Shown here piece after piece: positions 20,319 to 34,895 of a stretch of 64,000 nt of DNA. Location: contig NW_005434637.1 of assembly GCF_000315625.1 (NCBI RefSeq), positions 1 to 64,000 on the forward strand, in the 5' to 3' direction. Every line of letters begins with the position of its first letter. The first letter of the stretch is position 1. A program made the translations under genes and the position numbers. Source of the stretch: Guillardia theta CCMP2712 (Eukaryota; Protista; Cryptophyta). The notes beneath the pieces were generated by a model that saw only the letters and a program-made list of their open reading frames with translations, made no database searches and was not told the DNA's origin.

Positions 20319-23274
20319 ACCCACAGGGTGGTCCTTCCTGAAACAAGGAAGTTCTTTTTGCGCTGAGTCACCCAAACAAGGCTCACACTGCCATGATAAG
20401 TTTTTTCCTTTCGAAGTCACCGTTGCACTGTCACGGTCGCACGTTTCACCGGGCCGGCCCGGCGGGGCCGCTTCCCTGGCAACTTGAATTCGGGAGTCTT
20501 GCTACACACACGTCGGACACCATTTTTTTTGTCTTCGGCGTTCATGACTGGCCTGAGCCTGGCATGCGGCCCGCGGCCCCATGGGCCTGGAAATTCGGAA
20601 CCCGGTTACCGGCGTTAGTTCTAGGCTCCCGGCGTTTGGGCCCGGGATCGGACAGCGGCGGCGCGCACTGCCTGTGCCTGTGGCACTGAGGATCATCCGG
20701 CCCCGGCGTCGCAGGGCGGCCCGGTGACCCGGCGGCCCGGTGACCCGGCCGGGCGGCCCGGTGCACCCGGCTGAGGCCCATCCGATCGGACTTTGTTCAA
20801 GTAAAAGTTTTCGAAAAAGGCGTACCTACCCCCTTTTCTTACCACAACTTGATAGCACCCCTAGCTCCCCATGAAAGTCGGAGAACCCACCCGTCTCCTT
20901 CGGCCATCAACAGCACCATATCCTTCAATGCATATCACCCCTACCCCCTGTTTCTCACCTTGTACCTGTTGTACCCGCTGCGGTAAGGCACAGGCTCAAG
21001 GACAGCCCTCCTTCACACCAGAGTCCTCTCACAATCGAAACTTTGCTGTATTTTATCATACCCTTTCCCCACGCGCTCCTTTGCCACCCCTCAAAATCAA
21101 TACCCCACCCCTCAAGAAACTTGGTTTTAGCAGATTTCACCTCCCACCACCCCAATTTTTGAAGATTCCACATTCTAGATGCAAGTTCGACCCCCACCCC
21201 ATTAGCCACCACCCCACCTCCTCTTAAATGCCTGGACCAACCCCTTCGTGCATGCTGACCATCCGCAAGGCAGCGCCGCGGAGATGGCGCAACCTCAGCT
21301 GCATTTCCCAACAATTTCGTGCTTGACATATGCATCTTACCATAACTTCCATTGGTATTTGTACTCGTCCTTCTCTCCTCCCTGTATTTTATCTCAAACT
21401 GTTGTGCAAATCTCCCTCGGATGGAGACTTGTGGACATGTGTTGCTCAACAGTGATAGAACAAGAGTTAGGATTTTTCTATTTTTTTTCTTTGTATGTTT
21501 GTAAGATTTTCATGTGGATTTCCTTGTGCATCTTATTGTCATCGTTTCTACCTTCAAATACCCCCTCTTTGTTCAATGATTTCTGGTTAAATGCTTGGTA
21601 CATTGGTATCGCACATGGTTTGGGATGTTGTTGTGCTTGGATTCCAAAGTCTTACCTTGATCTTGAAACAGGAATGTTGATTTTGTTGGGATGAACGATT
21701 AGTATGAAAGCTCGAAGAGGATCGTCTTCAACTGATTGAGACCTCAAAATGGAAGACGACCAGTCAAGCCAAAGCGATATGAATGTAAGTTTATCTTTCT
21801 TATTGCGTTTGCGAACTAATGCTTTATTTCCATCTTTATTTCCATCTTTGTTCGAATCCTAATTTCTCCCTCCTGTTGCTTTATTATTCTTTTCCTTTCT
21901 TTTCCTTCCTTTCGCTCTGGCTTTGATATCTGCGTTGTTGGGGTAACAGATTCCTGAACAATTGTCTGGTGAATTCGATAACGAGGCGGTTCCCATGCAA
22001 CTTGTTGGATCACCACCTGTTCCCTCGTTTATGTCCAATATTGGGAATTCTAGCTTCATAGCCGGTTCTCAAGATTCGAATGGTAAGCCATCCGCTCGAG
22101 TGCTAAATGCGATTCACGTTACATTTTTTGCGAGCAGCAAGTTTTTCTTTTACCATTCAACAGTCAAGTGCTAGTGTTCTTGGGATGTCTTCATCAACTT
22201 CAAATTTACAGGTAGTTGCATCGTATTTCAATTCCGTCAGGCCCAATATTGATCTTTTGCTTGACGCAGATTCATCAATTGAACGACTCTGGCGACAATT
22301 CTTCGCATATCTGGATGGGTGCGTCGGGACCATCGTTTTTGACATTAGGCACCCAGTCTGCATCTGGCCATTTTTTGGGCCTAAACGAGCAAGAGCACTC
22401 AAGTCGACAAGGGTTTGTCTCTGCGATCATTTCAACCTGGCTTGATGCATACTCAAGGCGTGGATCTGATGTTCCCAGTTTGATCTTGAACAATGCATCC
22501 ATTTCACCTTCCAATTTTGTATTATGACTGTGATTGGTCACTTGCGCTGATTCCACGTTAGAACATTGGAGCCGATGTTCAATTAAGGGAGCTCGTGGAG
22601 GAAACAATATCCGGCCGTTCAGCTCTGATGCATGAAGGATTGATACGAGGCGCAGGCTAGTGCCTATTCGACACAAGGAAGTTTGCTTGAATTTACGTTT
22701 TCACAGAGTCGCGCATCTCGTCAAATGCTGTTGCATTTAATTCGAACGGCAAATGTCCAATGATTCCACGGACGGTTGACCGTCTCATCGAATTCTTCTT
22801 GTTGTAATTTTTTCCACAGGAAGAAGAGTGGAATAAGATTGTTGAAAAGATATGTAATAAGGTCTCTTCGAGACCCCTTTCCCTATCGATATTGGAGGAA
22901 ATTCAGCAGTCTATGCATGTATTGGTGGTTTAAGAGAGATTTGCACCTGATGATACATGTTAGATTCTGATAGACGGGAGGAAAGCACTGAAATTGCGAC
23001 GTTCTATGGCATTGCGGAAGGGAGATATTGTGTGCATACAGCTTTGTGTGTGGATGTGTACTGACGTGGTGAAAGGTACTTGTATGCAATGAAGGAGATG
23101 ACTCCATCGCACCAAGAAGAGGAATAATTGAGTCTGAGAATTCAGATGGAACGTGAGTTTATCCTGAATGCTTGCTTCTCGATCATTTTCCACTGCGATC
23201 ATATCCGTTGAACATGACTGAGAGTATTTTTATATAGCTACACGATCAAATTTCACAGTTCACCCAATGAAACT

Positions 23275-26200
23275 ATGAGAGTGGAGGCCTCACAAGTCAG
23301 AGCCTTACATCGATGGACTTCTGCGAGCTCATCTTCGAATTTTCGGGCAAATCAATATTTGCTACAGGTTTGAACTTCCTCTAGACTGTTTTGATCTGTT
23401 GCAATCGTTCTGCACTCATTTCAATCGGATATGATTGCCTTCTAATGCTTAATCTTGATCAGAGAGCAATTCCAGCTCGTGACCCAAACTTGGTCAATGA
23501 GTTTTTGAAAGAGGGAGCCGATCCCAACGTTACTGATGAATCGGGGAATCCTGCTATTCTAGTCGCTATCAACAAGAAATGCCCTGTTGAAATTGTTGGT
23601 GCTCTGCTACGGGCTGGAGCTGATCCTGATGTATCTCCTGACAAACTTTCACCTTTACAGGTTGATTTCCGTCAATATGTCATGTGTCTATGATAACTTT
23701 GGTTGTAGGCTGCTGTGAATATGCAGGATGCCGATTATGTCTCCTGTCTCCTTGAACATGGTTGTGATGCAACAAGTGTCGATTTGAGCAACCTTGACGT
23801 GGATGGAGGTAAAATCAGTAAAATGGTATGTTGTATTGATTTGCTACTTGCTCTGGCTATTGCACATTTTGGTAATAAGAAAATTACACAGATCTTGGAG
23901 TATCAATCAACTTCACTTTCCAGCGAAAGAAGAGCTTTGTTGCAAAATCAAGGTGGTTGAACAGTTCGTGGTGAAGTACAAGATGTTGAATATTTGTTTT
24001 TTTTCACAGCTATTGCGAAAATCCTCCCGCTTGTTATTTCTGTTGGCAGCTCGCAAAATGATGTTACTGTTCTTCTTACCATTGTCGGATTTTTGAGTTA
24101 TATGCTGGACAAGCTCTCAACCTCATTGCTCTGCAATGTGTTACCCGCCATCAACGATTCTGAGGTTTCACACCTTGCCTTTCGTAACACAGAAAATCTA
24201 TATGAAATTATGCTGCAACAAATTCGTGGTGATGGATGCGATTCATTGGATGCCATATTTTGCCTACTGCGAATCATCTTTTGTTTGATAGACAAAGTAC
24301 CAAATCACTATCAACTTTTAAGGTACTTCAGAACTTTTGAATATGTGCTGTTGTGTGTGATCTTGGAATTTCAGGAAAGTTGGGTTGATCAGATGGGTCG
24401 AGCGTTTGTCCAATGCATCGCAAACCAAACAAGATGTTCAAGCTGGTCTCTTGATCTCCAAGAGTGGGAAAATAAAAGAGAAGCATATTACCAAATTGGC
24501 ACAGGACATCCTTTCAAAGGCACCTCCGTTTCCCCAGGAGTCTAGTTTGTGTGCGAATCTACGAAATGCTTGTCAGGAAATTCGCTCGGGGCAACCAGAG
24601 GGCTTTAGGAATCTTTCAGCAACGCTAATGTCCTCGAAATATTCTTGTCCACAGGAAATAGTTTCCTCTGCATTGCCATCAGTTCTTTTGCAAGCGTTGG
24701 ATGGTGATGGTGAGATGCACAAAGAACAATGGAGGAATTTCAACTCTGCTTTTGCTCCATTTGAAGAGGTCATACAAAGCGACTCGAGCGTTACGAGTAA
24801 CGCGAATGTTGGGAATACGGGCCTGAAGATTGATTATCTTATTCGACCGCTAATAGATCTCATCAGTTCTGAGGAAGTTTGGCCACTAACTGCCATGGGA
24901 TCTGATGATTTGCAAGATCTTACGCGTCCGGTCAAGCTTGACCTATTTCCGCGAAGTATGCCGGGATCGGAATGTGATGCGCAACCAAAACCGGTCCTTG
25001 GAGTTCCCTCTTTATCACTTCACGTCGAACCTCTACTGTATGTTTGAATTTGTCATGAAGCAATCTGTATACTAATTCGATTCGTTGGAAACCATAGGCG
25101 GATTGAAGAGCTGCAGCGTCATTTCCTGCGCATCTGTACACCACCAACCAAATACATTGCATTCTGTCACTACATATTGGGTTCGAAAATTGAAGAAAGG
25201 CCGGCAGGAGCCAGTGGTTCAAGTTTTCGGCGGGCTCAAGTAAATCCGATTCTAGAGATGTAATACTCTTATCCATTTGACTGCAGGTTGTCGGATTTCA
25301 AATGCTTCCATCAGAAAGTATCCGTGAAAAAATGACAAGCGATACAGATGCAGCAGATGTTAAAATGGATGAAAATGTGGAAATTGCACTTGACCCAACG
25401 ACACAGGCTTCTTGCCTGTCTGTCAGTGAGGATGGGAATAATCTTGTCGTTACGTGCATCAGCAAAGGAAGTCCTGCTGGTACAGTCCAGGCAAATCGAG
25501 CTTTTAGCAGGTCCATCGATGGCCCGGTAAGACTTAAGTGTCCATGTGTGAAAATATACTATTCTTCGCTTTTATTTGTCCACATGTCTTTCTTTTGTGT
25601 CATTCTAGTTACCCACTTCCTCCTACACGATGGTATTCTGTTCCTCCTGAATTGCTGTCAGTCTTGGTCTTGTTCTATGTTTCATCGATGACGAACGAGC
25701 TTATGCGAGAACGCAGATTGCGTATTTCGAGGTGATGATCCGCAAGCGGGGCCCATCAGGTGCCATTGGTGTTGGCTTAGCTCGAGCTGGATACTCAAAC
25801 AATAAGATGCCTGGATGGGAACCAGTAAGTCACGCGTGGCATGGTGACGATGGCTGTACGTTTAACAGTTGTGGTACCGGAACTCCGCTCTCGTCGCCTT
25901 GGAGCGAGGGAGATGTCATTGGCTGTGGAATAGATTTCAATCGCTCTTCTTTGTTCTTTACTCGCAATGGAGTACTGCAAGGGCAACCGATTCGTATTGT
26001 TGATACCAGTGGCCTTCACACAACTGTTGGTTTTCAGACGAAAGGCGAATGTGTGTCAATCAGTTTCAAGCCTCCTTTCTTCTACGATTTATCAACTCAT
26101 GACATCAGCCCTCCTCGAATTCCGATTCACACTATCAAATACCTCGATGGAGCACAGGAAGAAAGATTTGTGAACTTACTTGGACGAGAATTCTTCATCA

Positions 26201-29200
26201 GGGATATGCCATCTCATGGTGATTGGGGCGATGGAATACGCAAGAAATTTTCGTATTTCTGTGCGCATGGAATTGCAAGCCCAGAAGTGAAAAGCTTTCT
26301 GGCATGGATTAAAGCGCAGCTCTCTATGAATGGAAGAATGCTGTCTGCAAGTGTTTTATCAGAGTCCGAGGTCAAAAGATTAGTGAAGCATGGATGGGGT
26401 AGAGAGCTCCTCTGCGAACTGGACTTCAAGTTTAATGAAGACGGTACGGTTTCAGGTTCGGATTTGGATTCAAGGAAGGTGCAGGCACTTCTCGAGATTT
26501 TGGAGGACTTCAGCATCGGGAAATCAGATGAGGCAATGGCTGTGGAGACAAAGGCAGACACAGAACCCACGCGTAATCAGACTGTGTTGATAGTGATCCC
26601 AGAAGGATTTCCACCCGAATTGTTCTTTGAGGAGGTCGAAGAACATCTGAGACACGCTTTGTCGCAAGCTGATCCACTGGTAGCGCCAGCGTCAGGACAT
26701 CTTGGGGATCCATACAAGTGGCCTGATCGAGGGTTTGACCATGAAGAAGCTTGGTACGAATCTCTTATGACAGCCTTAGCAGAGGTGCAAACTGGAGCCA
26801 TTGCTCGAGGGCAGACGCAGTATGAGGCAGAGACTTTGGTCTCGAGACTTTCCTCGGTGGTGCAATGTCGCATAGTTACAGATGACTCGCAAGATTACAC
26901 TCTCCGTGCGCGAGAGGTCAAGCGATCACAGGGTGGGGCAGGGTCTGGATTGACTATAGGAGACAGGGTTCAAGTCAGCACTGGAGAGAAGGAGTGGGTA
27001 ACAGGGACGCTTCTGATGGTCGAAGACGCGAACCGTTTCGGGGTTATCTGCGATGATGGGAGCTGGCTCTCGATGATTCCTCAAGATCATATCAAGGGAC
27101 TCAAAAATGCTGGTCGGGGGGTTGGAAATCGGAGGGCCCTGGCGCCAGACATTCATGAGCTCATGGTGTCGCACGTTCGTGATGCACGAATGTTAGAGCA
27201 ACTTGCTGTCTTCACAGGGGCGCAGACACGACCAACTGCAGATTTGAGGCGAAAGTTTTCATGCTTTGAGGTGGGAGACATTAATAGAGACGGCTACACC
27301 GCTCCCAAACGAAGGCTAGAGATGTGGAATTCAAGCCAGGTGCCCATGACGGAAGATTTTGGTCAGTCAAAGACTATCGTGTTGCCGCCCAAGCCCTTGA
27401 AGGTAGAATTCGACGTTCCTCAACAAGGAGGTGAGATGATCAAAGTCAAGAGTGCTTCGCAACTCTCTGCTGCTCTCGAGAAGTCCAAGTCTTCCTTCGT
27501 AGGCATCCTCGTGGTAGATGCACAGGCGCGTCCACCTTCAGGCCAGTCGTGGCCTCCACCGATCAAGAGCGCAAGCAGCCTAATCAAATCGTTAGCTCAA
27601 AGGTTTGGAAACGGAAAGTTTTTGAGAATCTTATCGGGAACCACACCGGAATGCCTAGATCAGCTTGGAATACCGAGAGGCAGCTTCCAACCATACTTCA
27701 TGCTGTATGCGTCTGGACAAGAAGAGGCAAGATGGCAGCAGAACAAGCAATTCGAACTGATATGGGAGCCTTGTCATGAGAACAAGGCCGTATCTCATTC
27801 GCCATCAGCTGCAGCTTTCTTAAAGCGGACGATTCACAGGAACGAGTTTGCTTCATTCATAGAACGAGCAATCGACACTTGGCACTATGATGAGAAACTC
27901 CGGTCTCCGAGCTCCAGCGCGATTGAATCGTTCAAGACGGTACATCAGAGCTTACAGGGAACCAACACAGGCGACGTGGCTCCGGCTAGTTACATCCTGC
28001 ACTACTCTATGCGGTTTCTTGAAGGAGACATCGATGATTGGTGTAGCGACATGTTCGAAGTACAGGACGGAGCACGAAAAGGTCGCGCCCAACACGCCAT
28101 GAGCTTGGAAGATTGTGAATCCACCCGAGACGTCTGGAATTCCAACTGTGTGAAACTCAATGATCCAGTGAAACAAGCTTTAGAGGTTGTCAAACTTCTT
28201 TACAGGAGAGTTGGCAAATTCAGTGGAAATCAAAAGAGTTGGCAAAGTGTATGGCTCACAAAGAGGCTGTCATGTCAATTGCAAGATGCGCTGTCGTTTT
28301 GTTCCTGCTCTCTTCCTGCCTGGTGCATGAGCATCCCGAGAGTCGTTCCTTTTCTGTTCTCGCTTGATGCCAGGCAACGACTGTTGGACTGTTGTGGATT
28401 TGGATCTTCTCATGCCGTCTATCGTTTCCAAGAGTGGAAGGTTGCAGCCTACCGCAGCAAGCATGCAGACAGCATGAGGTCAGCGCAGCAGCAGCTAGCG
28501 AGAGCTCGCGAGCAGCAAGACATTGATGGGATTTCACGGGCCACTGACGATCTAGATGACATTGAGAGGAGGATGTACAATAAGAGGATCGGAGCCATCG
28601 CTTCTGATCTCGCAAGGGTTTCTCGAGGAAACATCCTCGAGAATGCGATGCGCTTATTCGACGTGCATCACGCCTCGAAGCATCTCCTGGAGGTGCAGTT
28701 CCATGAAGAGGATGGCTTCGGCTCAGGAGTCACGCAGAACTTCTACGAAGCTGTTTCAGTCGCTCTGCAGGTCCGCAAGCTCAACCATCAGAACAAGCTA
28801 TGGATCTCCGATGGACATGACGCCGAGTATGCGATGGAGCCGGACGGCCCTTTCAAATACCTCACTAACCCTGACGGCTTGTTCCCTCAACCTCTGCCTG
28901 AGAACGCATCGCCGGATCTCGTGTCCTCGCTTGAAAAACAGTTTCGATTTATGGGCAGACTTTTCGCGAAGGCGTGCAGGGACAAGTTCACGGTACCTCT
29001 GCCTCTCCATCCGCACTTCTTTCGAACTTTGCAGAATGTGTTTAATGAGTCTCCTCTAGAGCTCTTGGCAACTTTCAACAAGGGGAGAGAAGCGTTGCTC
29101 CCTTCAGACGACTGGTCGTCGCTGCATCTTGTTGATGCTTACTGTGCAATAGTATCTGATTTAAAGGCACAATGTGCAAATGTGAATAGTGAGCAGCTTG

Positions 29201-30282
29201 ACGCGGTCTACAAACAAGTGAAAGATCGGGAGTTCATGGCTACGTACCTGAATCGCTCGTATGAATGCTCTCTCAGTCAGTTCTGGGAGTCGTCAGAAGC
29301 CAAGTTTGTGGATCCGCTGACCAACTCCCCTCTGTGCACGAACGGAGAGAGCATCCAGTTGAGTGTGCAGAATCTTGAGAGATACGTGGAGCTTGTTGCG
29401 GACATGTGGTTCAACAAGGGGATCTGTAGACAGATCTCAGCTTTCAAGCAGGGCATCAACGATGTCTTCCCTTTCTCTGCCCTCCAGGTTCTTGGTGTGG
29501 TTCCTGCTCAGAGTTGACAAACTCGTGCAGATTTTCAGTGCGGCGGAAATCGAACTGATGCTCTGCGGCGAGAGGGTGATCGAGTGGGACAAAGCTTCGC
29601 TGGAACAGCATTTTAAGCTTGTCAGCAATGAGCAGGGTGATGCGTGGGGATGATGGAGAAGGAGAAGGTCTGACGGCCTGAGCGCAGGGTCAAGGTACAC
29701 CAAAGAGAGTCCGCCGGTGCAGATGCTACTCGAAGAGCTTGTGTCCATGTCCAATGCGGACAGAGCAAGGTCGGTTGTCAGGCAGAACATTGAAGAAAGA
29801 GAGGGCGAGAGGTTCGAGGGGTGGAGAGCTCGAAGGAAGGAGGAGAATTTTGCAAGGGAGTTGAGGGGCAGGGCGAAAAAAGGAGGCGAAGGATACAACT
29901 CGAGGCTGACGTCTTGCAGGTTCCTCGACTTCGTGACTGCTTGTCCGCGGCTTCCTCCCGGTGTGTCGTCCTGCTCGGCATGTTGGAGGCTCACGATGAT
30001 GCGGCAGGGGGCCTGGCGTCGCTCAGCATTGAGATAGCTCCTGAGACTCGATCGCGCTACCCGCGCAGTCGAACATGCTCGAAGCTCATGTGAGTTAAGA
30101 GGGGGCAACCTTGCTCTCTCTCATGGCGTTGCAGGTGGCTTCCAGCCTACTCCTCCCTTGCAGAGCTGCGCGAGCATATGCGAGCTGCGCTGATCAACGC
30201 CAAGGAAGGAGGGTTCCACGAGCACAACGAGGCGCTGGTGCTGACCAACGTCAGACCTCCGCCTGCGGGCGAGTCGCGATGA
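23275..30282 (+). CDS. HECT E3 ubiquitin ligase (TRIP12/UPL3/HECTD1-like HECT) with ankyrin repeats and SPRY domain, spliced
   Basis: ANK (GADPNVTDESGNPAILVA), SPRY (IGVGLA..MPGW..AWHGDDG..GDVIGCGID), HECT N-lobe (LEVQFHEEDGFGSGVTQNFYE, GLFPQPL) and C-lobe (FLDFVTACPRLP, RYPRSRTC). Confidence 0.9.
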
Positions 30283-30545
30283 CAAGAGACGTGGAAGAGC
30301 ATGCAGGAGGAATGAAGGGACGAGTGGTGAGCAGAGATGAGGCGTGAGGAGCGAGGGGGATGAGATTCTCAAGTTTCATTTAAAACAAGTTATTGTGAGA
30401 TCAATCCTGACACATCTTGTCGTGACAACTCTCAACATACAAGCGCGTCGCTCAGTCATCGACATCGTCTACTATCTCCACTTTCCGCCTGAACGCGATG
30501 GTCTTACTCTCCTGCCGCACACGTCACGTGCGCACAACAACCAGC

Positions 30546-33500
30546 TCAACCTGACCTGACGAGAATCGTCGCTGTGTTCTTGCTTTGCAATACTTCCGCC
30601 CCTGTCACCATAGTCAAGACAAGATGAGTTGCAACAGAGTAATTGTACCCATCTGCTGCTAAGTCCTCTTTTCCGGCAACACTTTCTCCAGCCTCCGCTT
30701 CCCCAACAGTTTTCTTTTCGTTTGAATGGGCAGCGTTGACGTTGGTGTCTTTGTCTTTCTTCTTCTTCTTCTTCTTCTTCTCACCCGCCTCTCCGTCTGC
30801 TTTCATGATCACCATCACAGTAAGCCTGCGACCTCATAGCCTTACCATGCCCGTCCTCTTGCCCTTCCTTGTCGCCCGCCTCACGTTTCAACTTGATTTT
30901 CTTTGCTTTCTTCTGCTCCTTGGCATCCGATTCTTCCTTACGCTTTCGATTTGCCTCCTCCTGATGACCATCTGCTGCTTCTTCTGGCAAGCTTGACAAG
31001 CTTCCGTTTCTCGCCTCCTCCTTCCCTGTGCCATCAACTACGGAGCTCTGCAACGTTCCAGCAGACACGAATGCAGCCAGTCCATCGTTGACGTGTCTGG
31101 ATGGAGCAGCCAACTTGTTGCCTGGGTCATGCACGGGTTGCTTGTCTTCTTCCAAGCTCTTGCCTTGGTGCTCTCCCTCGCTTGATCCCTTGCGGTCGCT
31201 AATGGCAGCGTCTGCAGTCGAGACACTGTTGGAGGGTTGCCGCTGATGCAAGGGGTGAGGGAGCATGTAGGACAGCAAAGGAAAGACCTCGGCAGGTTTG
31301 GGAGGACGTTGAGCCGAACTCTCCCTGTGAATACGTTCTTCATCAGCACAGCTTCATAGGGAAATTTCAATTCCTACTTGGCGGACTTGATGTCATTTAG
31401 CGACTTGTCGTTTTCTTTCGAATGTTTCGAAAGTTTCTTTTCCTTCTTACCACTTTTGCTCTCATCAAGCTCGTCTCTCGGGGTCTCATTTGAATTTGTT
31501 TTGCTTTTGGTTACACCTGCTGGTTGCTCGTGAGACTCTCGACCAGCTGGACAACCGAACTTACCATCGGACGTGGCCATCGTGATGTTGAATTTCCCGT
31601 TTGACACAAAAACTTGATCCCGGCGTTGGGATTCTTGTGAAGAGGCCGTGGAGACAGGCTGCAAGTATAAGTAACGTGTCTGGAGATAAAGTGAGCCAAC
31701 GTACCTGTTGCTGCGTATCTCTGTGCGAACTGTCTGTGAGATTCCTTGCAGTTGAAGCCTCCGCCTTTGCAGCAAATCAGCCAACAAATACGAAAGTTTA
31801 GTCCTGAAACACCTGTTGTTGAATATTATGCTCTTTCTCATTCAACTTGACTGATTGTGAGGGCATGGAGGCCTGATGCATCTGCTGCTGAGACGTTGGT
31901 TGCAATTCTTGTTGAGCTGATGAGATAGGAACATGCGCTTGAAATTGATTAGGTAGAGACATGTGCGTTTGCTCCTGCATCGGCTGCGGTTGCAAATTGA
32001 ATGTTACGGGCTGTGCTTGTTGCGCGCTAGCTTGCATGTGCATCTGCAACAACTGCTGGATCTGTTGCTCTTGCTGAAGCTGCATTTGTTGAGGAATTTG
32101 TAACTGCTGCTGCATTTGTTGCATTTGCAATTGCTGCTGCTGCTGCTGCTGCATGTACTGGGCTTGTTGGAGTTGTTGGAGTTGGAGAAGCTGTCAAGAA
32201 AAATTGCAGATCATGAAGTATAAAAACAAAAACAACAAGAGGAAGCATTGGATCATGCGACAAAAACAAGAGCATGGAATGGAAACAATCATGACACAAT
32301 GTTACAGCACTGAACGGATTACTAAAGATGAACAAGATCTTATTCATGGACCACCTGCAAGGAATGGGCACCCTGATTTAAAAATGAGTCCGCATCCTGT
32401 GGCACCATCCATCATCTTTCACGTTTCAAGTGGCATGGGCGACTTGATAGCCTCACTCACCATACGGATTTGAGGTGAGCTCTGTTGAAAAATTCCTTGC
32501 AAAGCCATGGACATCTGATGCATTCATGTCAAGATTTCCTTGACTATCACGAGAACAGAAAATTCAAAGAAGACAGGGAGGCAGGCAGCGAGGGATGCAT
32601 CAAATCAATAAAAGATTTTGAAAGTACGTTTGGATCATCTGCTCTTGTAATTTGAGAGGCGAATCCACCCAAATCATCCGGCTTGGCCTATTTCAATCAA
32701 ATACAACGAAGTAAATGCTGGATAATGCAATTGCATGAGAATTTCCATACCAAACTTTGATGCCCAGTCCCACCATGCGCGACAGCTTGCCTCTGCATCA
32801 GCTGCAAGCAACAGTAAGGATCGAGGATGGCAAAATCGAAACATATGTACGAAATCACCTGATTCATCAGATCCTGCACACCATTTATGTTTTGGACACC
32901 CTGCTGCGCCGAATAACTTGCCGGTATGGACTGCTCGAGACATTCAATCAAAGATCCTATCGCTTGCTACTTTCAATCGCTTGACCTGGAGCAAGCCGCC
33001 CTGGTTTTGAAGTTGTGATTGAGCCTGTAATTGTGCCAGTGCCAGCATGTTTTGCTGTCATAATGTGAGAAATGCGAAATCCCTAGTTCTCAAGTCGAAT
33101 GGTACGATGGACACACCTGCACTAGCTGTGCTTGCGCAAAGTCGGGGGAAGATTGTTGAGCTTTCTGTAAACAAGAGACAGGTCAATGCCCATGCTTCCC
33201 TACGCGATAGCGGAAGAGCAAGAAAAGGAGGGTGACCTGCATGAGAGATTGTTGCGCTTGTGACAAGGCCTACAACCATACCATCAGCCATTATGGAGAG
33301 ATAAACGTGATTGTTGACCTGCGCAGCAGAGAATTGATTCTGCGAAATCTCGTTTCCCGGGATATTTCCCTGGCCCACGTCATGTCGCAGCCTAGGAAAT
33401 CCAAGAAGATTGTGAAAACCTGCTGATTCAGACCGAGGGCGCGTGCCAGTGCCGTAAGCTTGTCCTGCTTTCCCGCAAAGATTGGACCAAGTACAACAAT

Positions 33501-34040
33501 GAGAAACACCAACCTGTGCCATGTTGTTTTGACCCGAAAACTGATTCATTGAGGTGAACGAAGGATTAGCGAGGGATCTGAACACATGTCAGCGTGTCCA
33601 AATTGAACAAGGAAATGGTTACTGAGGGAGTGACTGGGCAGCGGTTGACCCCATGAGGTTGTACATGCTCTGATCGTTTAAACCATTTGATTGCGGCAAA
33701 CCGGGTGAGTTTTTCATGGCCTCAACCTGCATGGGCAAATTATTCTGATGAGGTATTAATAGCTTCAAACCTGAGCATTGTATGGAGAAAAATTCTGTTG
33801 ATTGAAGCCAACTTGTCTATTCTGAGATGATTGGAGAAAATTTTGGCCCATCTGCCCAAAAATTCCCACACCCTGAGAGAAATTCACAGCATTTTGCGCA
33901 TCATTTGAATTGATGTTCATGGAGTTGGGATCATTCCATCCCTGAGTGAGGCCATTTTGCAAAAGATGTTGAGCAAGATTTTGATCTATGTTTGCACCTC
34001 CAAGGAGCTGATAACCGCCGATCGCATCTCTTCCAGCCAT
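30546..34040 (-). CDS. Hypothetical Gln/Asn-rich protein with Lys-rich C-terminus, spliced
   Basis: Series of Q/N-rich minus-strand exons (MAGRDAIGGYQ..., polyQ at ~32100, EKKKKKKKKDKD). Confidence 0.6.
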
Positions 34041-34192
34041 CTCCTATCACCCCTGATTTCAAAGCCGGATAGCCCAACTCATAAGGATCGTGGGATGCAA
34101 CGGTCTAAAGAACAGTATCAGCGAGTCGCATTGATAGCAATCATGATAATTGATGGAGCAAGGGGCGGGGGTTGGGCGAGAAATAGTGTAGA

Positions 34193-34551
34193 TTGCAATT
34201 ATCTAGCCATATAAAATCTTGCACACTCTGACCTTGCCAGAAAACAGATGCTGGCCTGCCCAGTTTGCCAAAACATTTCTGCGCAAGCACCAACCTTGCT
34301 CTGTATTTCAACTCCTATTTTCTTCTTTCTTCTGTACACTAGTCAGCTTGTTCTGTGTGCTTCCCTCCCTCTTTGCAATTATCTAGCCATATAAAATCTT
34401 GCACACTCTGACCTTGCCAGAAAACAGATGCTGGCCTGCCCAGTTTGCCAAAACATTTCTGCGCAAGCACCAACCTTGCTCTGTATTTCAACTCCTATTT
34501 TCTTCTTTCTTCTGTACACTAGTCAGCTTGTTCTGTGTGCTTCCCTCCCTC
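34193..34551. repeat. 180-bp tandem duplication between divergent genes
   Basis: 34193-34372 is repeated at 34373-34551 with no difference seen. Confidence 0.95.
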
Positions 34552-34895
34552 CTCGCACCCTCACCCTCTTCTTCCCTTCCTCATCCCTCCGTATTGTCAT
34601 TTTCGTCGGCGCCCGCACCACCATCACAGCAATCTTTCAAACCGGCCGCTCGCCAACCATATATGGAGTACCCCTACAAAAACTGTTTTTGATCGTTGAA
34701 TATGCTTTTAATAGTAGTACATTCACAGACCTTCGAGACATTGCGTTTGAAGTTGGCGAAGTATGTGTGAATCTCTGTGATTCTTTTATTTCCCTGCATG
34801 CAAAGCTTTACTACAAGGATGTCTTGCTATGAAAACTCATCTCTTCGGAAAAGAACCCCTACCCCTCCACCCTACCAGAATCGTCCAAGCGCACA

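Noticed and set aside
20800-23200. Possible small genes between the tRNA and the HECT gene
   Set aside because: Short ORFs on both strands with no recognisable motif; I cannot support a model without transcripts.
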